Shown piece after piece: positions 51,264 to 57,891 of a stretch of 57,891 bases of DNA. Within the stretch, counting starts at the first letter, position 1; each line of letters begins with the position of its first letter. This DNA is from an uncultured Eubacteriales bacterium (GTDB lineage Bacteria > Bacillota > Clostridia > Oscillospirales > UBA644). The position numbers were made by a program, and so were the translations under genes. Where the stretch lies: the NCBI GenBank assembly GCA_934486965.1, contig CAKSQP010000001.1, forward strand, positions 1-57,891, given 5' to 3'. The notes beneath the pieces are model-generated. The model did no database searches, was not told the DNA's origin, and saw only the letters and a list, made by a program, of their open reading frames with translations.

Positions 51264-53849
51264 ATGGCTAAAAAACAAAACGTCGATTACAAACCCGAAG
51301 ACATAATGTTCCCCGATCAGCATATTACGACTTCGGAACTTGTCCATGAAATGAAGACAAGTTATATCGAATACGCGATGTCGGTCATCGTCGGAAGAGC
51401 ATTGCCCGACGTCCGCGACGGCTTAAAACCCGTTCACAGAAGAATTCTATACGCGATGTACGAGGACGGACTCACCTCCGACAAGCCTTTCAGAAAATGC
51501 GCGACGGCAGTCGGCGACGTTCTCGGCAGATACCACCCGCACGGCGACGCTTCGGTTTACGACGCACTCGTAAGACTTGCGCAGGACTTTTCGATGAGAT
51601 ATCCTCTTCTCGAAGGTCACGGAAACTTCGGTTCGGTCGACGGAGACCCTGCCGCGGCTTACCGTTACACGGAAGCGAGAATGTCGAAAATTGCGAACGA
51701 AATGCTCCGCGATATCGAAAAAGATACCGTTGACTGGGATCCGAACTTCGACGAAACGCGCAAAGAACCGAGAGTTCTTCCGAGCCGTTTCCCGAATCTT
51801 CTGGTAAACGGTTCTTCGGGTATTGCCGTCGGTATGGCGACAAATATCCCGCCGCACAACCTTTCGGAAGTCATCGACGCGACGATAACCGTCCTCGATA
51901 ATCCCGAAGCGACCCTTGACGACTTACTCGAGCACGTCCACGGACCCGACTTCCCGACAAAAGGCATAATAATGGGAAGAAGAGGGATAAGAGCCGCGTA
52001 TGCGACGGGCAGAGGACACATAACCGTAAGGGCGCGCACCGAATTCGAAGATTTCGGCAGAGACAGAACGAGAATAATCGTCACCGAACTTCCCTATCAG
52101 GTAAACAAACGCCAACTTATCGCGAATATCGCGACGCAGGTAAGAGAAAAACGCCTTGAAGGAATTTCCGATCTGCGCGACGAATCGGACAGAAACGGTA
52201 TGCGTATCGTCATCGAGATAAAGAAAGACGCGAACGCACAGGTAGTTCTCAATAAACTTTATACACAGTCGGCAATGCAGACGACTTTTGCGGTCAATAT
52301 GCTTGCCCTTGTAAATAACCAGTCTCAGCCGAAAATTCTTTCTCTCCGCAATATTCTCGACGAATATATCGCGTTTCAGGAAGAAATAATCATAAGAAGG
52401 ACCCGTTACGACCTCAAAAAGGCGATGGAAAGGTCTCACCTTCTGGAAGGTCTTCTTATCGCGCAGGCAAATATCGACGAAGTTATAAAGATAATCAGAA
52501 ATTCCTACGACGACGCGAAAGAAAACCTTATGGCGCGCTTTTCGCTTTCCGAAATTCAGGCGTCCGCGATCCTCGAAATGAGACTTAAAGCGTTGCAGGG
52601 CCTCGAAGAAGAAAAACTCCGCGCCGAATACGACGCTTTGCAGGAAAAAATCAAGTATTACAACGAACTTCTTTCTTCCGAAAGTATGCTCCGCGGCGTT
52701 CTCCGCGACGAACTTTCGGAAATTAAGAAGAAGTTCGGCAGTGACAGACTTACCGAGATTCAGGACGTCGAAGACGAAATCGATATCGAAGACCTTATCG
52801 AGGAAAAAACCTGCGTTTATACCGTAACTCATTTCGGATACGTAAAGAGAATTCCCGAAGACGCATATAAAGTCCAGAACCGAGGCGGAAAGGGCATTTC
52901 CGCAATGAAGACCCGCGAAGAGGACTTCGCCGAACAGGTAATTATCGGGTCGACCCACGATATGTTCCTTTTCTTCACTTCCAAAGGAAGAGTTCATAAG
53001 ATAAAGGGCTATGAAATTCCCGAAAGTTCGCGTTCCGCAAGAGGAATGAACCTTGTCAATCTCCTGCAACTTGCCGAGGGCGAAAAAGTAACAGCCGTAA
53101 TTCCTCTTAAAGATTTCGACGAAGGGCTTTACCTCAATATGGTAACTCTCCGCGGAATTTCGAAGAGGACCGAACTTTCCGCTTTCAAAAACATAAGAAA
53201 ATCGGGACTTAACGCCGTCGATCTCGACGAGGGCGACGAACTTATCGCCGTAAGACTTACCGACGGCAGCCAGACCATGATGGTCGCTACCCATAACGGT
53301 ATGGTTATCCGCTATAAGGAGACCGACGTAAGAAGCATGGGCAGAAACGCCCGCGGCGTCCGAGTAATAAGACTTTCCGAAGACGATTTCGTTATCGGAA
53401 TGATCCCGATGACCGACGACAAAACGGTTCTTACCGTCACCGAAGGCGGCTACGGAAAACGCACACCCGTTTCCGATTATAACGTTCAGAAACGCGGCGG
53501 AAAGGGCGTCCGCGGACATAAGATTTCCGAAAAAACAGGAAAACTCTGCTCGCTCCGCATTGTTTCGGAAGACGAAGACCTTATCGTCATTTCGTCCGAC
53601 GGAATCATTATCCGCGTCCGCATAGGCAGCGTTCCCGTTTACGGAAGAACTTCGGGCGGCGTAAGAATTATGAGATTCAAGGAAAACGGTGCGTTTGTCG
53701 TAAATACCGCGACCTTGCTTTCAAGCCCCGACGAAGAAGTCGAGGAACTTGAAATTTCCGAAGAGGACAAAGCGGCGGCGGAAGCGGAAGCAAAAGAAGC
53801 CGTAAACGAACCCGAAACGGAAGAAGAAACAGAATCCGATGCAGAATAA
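51264..53849 (+). CDS. gyrA: DNA gyrase subunit A
   Basis: The 861-aa ORF contains [23 protein letters not shown] and the active-site region [11 protein letters not shown]. It has beta-pinwheel repeats and an acidic C-terminal tail. Confidence 0.97.
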   Translation: MAKKQNVDYKPEDIMFPDQHITTSELVHEMKTSYIEYAMSVIVGRALPDVRDGLKPVHRRILYAMYEDGLTSDKPFRKCATAVGDVLGRYHPHGDASVYDALVRLAQDFSMRYPLLEGHGNFGSVDGDPAAAYRYTEARMSKIANEMLRDIEKDTVDWDPNFDETRKEPRVLPSRFPNLLVNGSSGIAVGMATNIPPHNLSEVIDATITVLDNPEATLDDLLEHVHGPDFPTKGIIMGRRGIRAAYATGRGHITVRARTEFEDFGRDRTRIIVTELPYQVNKRQLIANIATQVREKRLEGISDLRDESDRNGMRIVIEIKKDANAQVVLNKLYTQSAMQTTFAVNMLALVNNQSQPKILSLRNILDEYIAFQEEIIIRRTRYDLKKAMERSHLLEGLLIAQANIDEVIKIIRNSYDDAKENLMARFSLSEIQASAILEMRLKALQGLEEEKLRAEYDALQEKIKYYNELLSSESMLRGVLRDELSEIKKKFGSDRLTEIQDVEDEIDIEDLIEEKTCVYTVTHFGYVKRIPEDAYKVQNRGGKGISAMKTREEDFAEQVIIGSTHDMFLFFTSKGRVHKIKGYEIPESSRSARGMNLVNLLQLAEGEKVTAVIPLKDFDEGLYLNMVTLRGISKRTELSAFKNIRKSGLNAVDLDEGDELIAVRLTDGSQTMMVATHNGMVIRYKETDVRSMGRNARGVRVIRLSEDDFVIGMIPMTDDKTVLTVTEGGYGKRTPVSDYNVQKRGGKGVRGHKISEKTGKLCSLRIVSEDEDLIVISSDGIIIRVRIGSVPVYGRTSGGVRIMRFKENGAFVVNTATLLSSPDEEVEELEISEEDKAAAEAEAKEAVNEPETEEETESDAE

Positions 53850-53882
53850 TATATAAACCAACAAAAAAAGGAATGACAAAAG

Positions 53883-55268
53883 ATGAAAAACACCGACAAA
53901 ACAATGGAAAAAATCGTTTCTTTCTGTAAAAACAGAGGATTTGTCTATCAGGGCTCCGAAATTTACGGCGGTCTTGCAAACACATGGGACTACGGTCCCC
54001 TCGGCGTTGAATATAAAAACAACGTCAAAAAGGCATGGTGGAAAAAGTTCGTTCAGGAAAGCCCCTACAACGTAGGTCTCGACTGCGCTATTCTCATGAA
54101 CCCGCAGGTCTGGGTAGCTTCCGGCCACGTCGGCGGATTTTCCGACCCCCTTATGGACTGCAAAGTCTGCAAAACAAGACACAGAGCCGATAAACTTATC
54201 GAAGACACCGGCGTTATGTGCGCGGGCTGGACAAACGAGCAGATGAGCGACTATATCAAAGAACATCACATCACCTGTCCCGACTGCGGCGCGTCCGACT
54301 TTACCGACATAAGAAAATTCAACCTTATGTTCAAGACTTTCCAAGGGGTTACCGAAGACGCAAAGAACGAAATTTATCTCCGTCCCGAAACCGCACAGGG
54401 AATTTTCGTAAACTTCAAGAACGTTCAGAGAACAACGAGAAGAAAGATTCCGTTCGGCATCGGTCAGATCGGTAAATCTTTCAGAAACGAGATAACTCCG
54501 GGCAACTTCACTTTCAGAACAAGAGAGTTCGAACAGATGGAACTTGAATTCTTCTGCAAGCCCGGAACCGACCTCGAATGGTTCAAATTCTGGAAAGAAT
54601 ACTGCAAAAACTTCCTTCTTTCTCTCGGTATGAGTGAAGAAAATATGAGACTGCGTGACCACGAAAAGGAAGAACTTTCCCACTATTCCAACGCAACCAC
54701 CGATATCGAATTTATGTTCCCGTTCGGCTGGGGTGAACTCTGGGGCATTGCGGACAGAACCGACTTCGACCTCACCCAGCATATAAAGACTTCGGGTCAG
54801 AACCTCGAATATTTCGATCAGGAAAACAACGAAAAATACGTTCCTTACGTTATCGAACCGTCGCTCGGCGCCGACAGAGTTGCTCTTGCGTTCCTTATTG
54901 AAGCGTACGACGAAGAAAACCTCGCAAAAGAAGGCGAAAAAGAAGACATAAGAACCGTTCTTCACCTCCACCCCGCTCTCGCTCCCGTCAAGGCGGCGAT
55001 TCTTCCGCTCTCCAAAAAACTTGCAGACGGCGCGGGCAAAGTCTTTGCCGAACTTTCAAAACATTTCTACTGCGAATATGACGACGCAGGCTCTATCGGT
55101 AAGAGATACCGCCGTCAGGACGAGATAGGAACTCCGTTCTGCATTTGCTACGACTTTGATTCCGAAAACGACGGCTGCGTAACGATAAGAGACAGAGACA
55201 CCATGGAACAGGTCCGTTTGCCGATAGCAGATCTTAAAGATTACATCGAAGACAGACTTGAATTCTGA
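53883..55268 (+). CDS. glyQS: Glycine--tRNA ligase (alpha2 type)
   Basis: The 461-aa ORF contains [33 protein letters not shown] and [14 protein letters not shown]. Confidence 0.95.
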   Translation: MKNTDKTMEKIVSFCKNRGFVYQGSEIYGGLANTWDYGPLGVEYKNNVKKAWWKKFVQESPYNVGLDCAILMNPQVWVASGHVGGFSDPLMDCKVCKTRHRADKLIEDTGVMCAGWTNEQMSDYIKEHHITCPDCGASDFTDIRKFNLMFKTFQGVTEDAKNEIYLRPETAQGIFVNFKNVQRTTRRKIPFGIGQIGKSFRNEITPGNFTFRTREFEQMELEFFCKPGTDLEWFKFWKEYCKNFLLSLGMSEENMRLRDHEKEELSHYSNATTDIEFMFPFGWGELWGIADRTDFDLTQHIKTSGQNLEYFDQENNEKYVPYVIEPSLGADRVALAFLIEAYDEENLAKEGEKEDIRTVLHLHPALAPVKAAILPLSKKLADGAGKVFAELSKHFYCEYDDAGSIGKRYRRQDEIGTPFCICYDFDSENDGCVTIRDRDTMEQVRLPIADLKDYIEDRLEF

Positions 55269-55283
55269 GGAAGGTTTTTTTAA

Positions 55284-56393
55284 GTGATAATTTTAGACGA
55301 ATACAAGGTAAAAATCGCAAATCTTAAAAAAGATATCGAAGAACTCGGCAGGGCTCTCGGTATCTCTTCTCTCCGCGACCGCATTGCCGAAATCGAAAAG
55401 ATAACGGCGGAATCGGGTTTCTGGGACGATATGGAAAACAGCCAGAAAATTCTTGTCGAGCAAAAACAGATAAAAGACAAGATAGAAAAATACGAAAAAC
55501 TGATTTCCGATGCGGACGACGCCGCGACCATGGTCGAAATGGCAATGGAGGAAAACGACGACAGTTTTGACGAAGAGATAGTCGAGGCTGTAAGAAAAAT
55601 CGAGGCGGAAATAGAAAAACAGCGGCTCGACACCCTGCTTGACGGAGAATACGACAAAAACAACGCGATTCTCACTTTCCATGCAGGCGCGGGCGGCACC
55701 GAGGCTCAGGACTGGGCTTTGATGCTTTACAGAATGTATGTCCGCTTTGCCGAGAAAAACGATTTCAAAGTCAAAGTCATGGATATTCTCGACGGAGACG
55801 AGGCGGGAATCAAGAGTGCGACAATTCTTATAGAGGGGATCAACGCTTACGGATACTTAAAAAGCGAATCGGGCGTTCACCGTCTTGTCCGCGTGTCTCC
55901 CTTTGACGCGTCGGGAAGAAGACATACTTCCTTTGCGTCGGTCGAAGTCATGCCGGAAATTTCCGACGACGTTTCAATCGAGATAAGAGACGAAGATATC
56001 AAAGTCGAGGCTCACCGTGCGTCGGGCGCGGGCGGACAGCACGTCAACAAGACCGACTCCGCTATAAGAATAACGCATATCCCGACAGGAATTGTCGTCG
56101 GCTGTCAGAACGAAAGAAGCCAGAAACAGAACCGCGAAATGGCGATGAAGATGTTAAAGTCAAAACTCCTTGAGATAAAGGAAAGAGAACATCTTGAAAA
56201 AATCGACGATATCAAGGGCGACCAAAAAGAAATTGCGTTCGGTTCGCAGATACGTTCCTACGTCTTTATGCCCTACACCATGGTAAACGACCACCGCACG
56301 GGCTGTAAAGTCGGAAACGTCAACGCAGTTCTCGACGGAGACCTCGGAGAGTTTATCAACGAATATCTCAAATATATAAAGGGCGTAAAATGA
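55284..56393 (+). CDS. prfB: Peptide chain release factor 2 (single uninterrupted frame)
   Basis: SPF tripeptide (RVSPFDASGRRHTSF), GGQ motif (SGAGGQHVNKTDSA). GTG start after GAGGAAGG. I find no in-frame TGA or +1 shift site. Confidence 0.9.
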   Translation: MIILDEYKVKIANLKKDIEELGRALGISSLRDRIAEIEKITAESGFWDDMENSQKILVEQKQIKDKIEKYEKLISDADDAATMVEMAMEENDDSFDEEIVEAVRKIEAEIEKQRLDTLLDGEYDKNNAILTFHAGAGGTEAQDWALMLYRMYVRFAEKNDFKVKVMDILDGDEAGIKSATILIEGINAYGYLKSESGVHRLVRVSPFDASGRRHTSFASVEVMPEISDDVSIEIRDEDIKVEAHRASGAGGQHVNKTDSAIRITHIPTGIVVGCQNERSQKQNREMAMKMLKSKLLEIKEREHLEKIDDIKGDQKEIAFGSQIRSYVFMPYTMVNDHRTGCKVGNVNAVLDGDLGEFINEYLKYIKGVK

Positions 56394-57235
56394 ACCTTAC
56401 AAGCATGAAGGAAGTCCGCCCGATAATGGAAAGGCACGGCTTTTCCTTTTCGAAAGGACTCGGGCAGAACTTTCTTATAAACGCCGCAATTCCCGAAAAA
56501 ATCGCCGAAATTTCGCCTTGTTCAAAGGAAAGTCTGGCAATCGAGATAGGAACGGGCGTCGGCTGTCTTACAAAGGAACTTGCTCTCCGCTGTAAAAAGG
56601 TCGTCGCCGTCGAAATCGACAGCCGCCTTTTGCCAGTGCTTGCCGAAACGCTCGCGGAATTCGACAATATCGAAATTATAAACGGCGATATCTTAAAAAC
56701 CGACCTGAAAAAGGTCATCGGCGACGAAAAAGATGTCTTTATCTGCGGCAATCTTCCTTATTATATAACGACTCCGATAATAATGAAACTGCTTGAAGAC
56801 AGGCTTCCCGTCAAAAGTATAACCGTAATGGTCCAGAAAGAAGTCGCCGACCGCTTTGCGGCAAAGGCGGGAACGAAAAATTACGGAGCGATAACCGCGG
56901 CAATTTCATATTACGCGAAAATTACCGATTCTTTTCCCGTTTCAAGAGGAAATTTCTTCCCCGCGCCGAACGTCGACTCGGCGGTTATCCGCCTTGACTT
57001 AATTCCGCCGCCCGTAACGCCGAAGGACGAAAAACTGTTTTTCAGAGTTCTGCGCTCGGCGTTCGCAATGCGAAGAAAAACGCTTGTAAACAACCTGCAA
57101 AGCGAATTTCATATTCCGAAAGACCGCCTTTCCGAACTCCTCGCGGCTTGCGGAATAACGCCTTCCGTCAGGGGCGAAACGCTGGGACTTGAAGAATTCT
57201 CAAAAATCGCCGACGGAATTTCAGAAATGCAATAA
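56390..57235 (+). CDS. rsmA: 16S rRNA (adenine1518/1519-N6)-dimethyltransferase
   Basis: GQNFLIN, the SAM motif EIGTGVGCLT, and NLPYYITTPI. It has an ATGA overlap with prfB. Confidence 0.95.
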   Translation: MNLTSMKEVRPIMERHGFSFSKGLGQNFLINAAIPEKIAEISPCSKESLAIEIGTGVGCLTKELALRCKKVVAVEIDSRLLPVLAETLAEFDNIEIINGDILKTDLKKVIGDEKDVFICGNLPYYITTPIIMKLLEDRLPVKSITVMVQKEVADRFAAKAGTKNYGAITAAISYYAKITDSFPVSRGNFFPAPNVDSAVIRLDLIPPPVTPKDEKLFFRVLRSAFAMRRKTLVNNLQSEFHIPKDRLSELLAACGITPSVRGETLGLEEFSKIADGISEMQ

Positions 57236-57240
57236 TAAAA

Positions 57241-57271
57241 AGACAGTCACTGCGGTGACTGTCTTTTTTTG
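57241..57271 (+). terminator. Intrinsic terminator after rsmA
   Basis: AGACAGTCAC (57241-57250) pairs with GTGACTGTCT (57255-57264), followed by TTTTTTT. Confidence 0.85.
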
Positions 57272-57477
57272 CGAGAACGCAAATCCCGATGTCATATATA
57301 ACATAATCTGTTTCAGATTAAATATCGATAGAAAATGCGAGATAATTTATAATTAAATTACAAATTATTCCAAAACAGCAGTTTGAGAAAATCAGGGCGC
57401 GGCAGATACTTTTTGGGGACGCGCTCCGCTGAAATCGATTTTCTGTCATTCTCTGCCTATAGGGAAAGGAAAAGATT

Positions 57478-57690
57478 ATGTGTAACAGATTAAGAGATTT
57501 GCGGGAGGACATGGATCTTACCCAGACGCAGGTGGCGAAATATCTCGGAATGAGCCAGACGGGCTATTCAAAATATGAAACGGGGGAAAACGATATCCCG
57601 ACCGCTATTCTTATAAAACTTTCGGATTTTTACAATACGAGTATCGACTATCTGCTCGGGCAGACCAATAACAAAAAGAGAAACAGATAA
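57478..57690 (+). CDS. Small XRE-family HTH regulator (Cro/CI-like)
   Basis: The 70-aa ORF contains LTQTQVAKYLGMSQTGYSKYETGENDIPTAILIKLSDFYNTSIDYLLG and has a GGAAAGGAAAAG RBS region. Confidence 0.8.
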   Translation: MCNRLRDLREDMDLTQTQVAKYLGMSQTGYSKYETGENDIPTAILIKLSDFYNTSIDYLLGQTNNKKRNR

Positions 57691-57836
57691 CAGGGTCGGA
57701 GGGCTCTCCGTATTTTCCGACTGCGGCTCTTTACGGAGTTTTTTCTCTGCGGCGGCATAACGGCAGGGAAACCGCGGTTCTGCGAAAGGCGGAAAGCCGT
57801 CGGTCGGAACCGATAAGAGTTCGGCTCTCCCGACAG

Positions 57837-57868
57837 AAAAAAGGGACTGAAAATTACAGTCCCTTTTC
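57837..57868. terminator. Hairpin with flanking A- and T-runs (bidirectional terminator-like) near the window edge
   Basis: AAGGGACTG (57841-57849) pairs with CAGTCCCTT (57857-57865). A-run on the 5' side, TTTTCG on the 3' side. Confidence 0.55.
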
Positions 57869-57891
57869 GTGCGTTTTCGCCGATTTTTACC

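Noticed and set aside
51924-53519. 531-aa ORF antisense to gyrA
   Set aside because: It lies entirely inside and opposite the unmistakable gyrA frame. Its sequence is F/V/R-rich with no recognisable motifs. It is a shadow ORF produced by the codon bias of the sense strand.
53721-54971. 416-aa ORF antisense to glyQS and the gyrA 3' end
   Set aside because: The reasoning is the same: it is antisense to a conserved aminoacyl-tRNA synthetase gene and has no motifs or RBS.

Overview
This window is the replication-origin neighbourhood of a spore-forming, Clostridia-type Firmicute (taxonomy inferred from gene content and order). On the right, the plus strand carries oriC/dnaA-dnaN-recF-DUF370(RemB-like)-gyrB-gyrA-glyQS-prfB-rsmA. 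Immediately to the left, the minus strand carries rpmH-rnpA-yidD-yidC-jag-mnmE-mnmG-trmB-PFK-EamA. The left ~36 kb mixes housekeeping genes (zapA, U32 peptidase, uppP, ftsK/spoIIIE, ygiQ, tepA, RNase H, dpaA/dpaB) with accessory genes. The accessory genes are a Fic protein next to a macro-domain protein, two OmpR-type two-component systems, two ABC transporters, and a run of XRE/LytTR/TetR regulators paired with membrane proteins. I saw no rRNA, tRNA, CRISPR array, transposase or integrase. Four items deserve follow-up. (1) A 27-codon leader ORF (21359-21442) has 11 of 12 consecutive codons as Phe/Tyr. It is followed by an intrinsic terminator and sits upstream of a COG2984-type ABC importer, which looks like ribosome-mediated Tyr/Phe attenuation. 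(2) A ~600-bp non-coding tract (about 14262-14854) is extremely C-rich and G-poor on the plus strand. It contains 18 CCGCA pentamers and internal repeats, is bracketed by two strong hairpins, and matches no RNA or repeat class I know. (3) A divergent module combines a beta-helix surface protein, a VTC/TTM polyphosphate-polymerase-like protein, a DUF4956 membrane protein, an RR/HK pair and an ICMT-like methyltransferase, with helical-turn-spaced direct repeats in the shared promoter region. (4) oriC is built from TTTTCAA(C/A)A-type repeats rather than canonical DnaA boxes, and a large head-on gene block begins only ~10 kb from it. All functional calls come from reading motifs in the supplied translations; no database search was possible.
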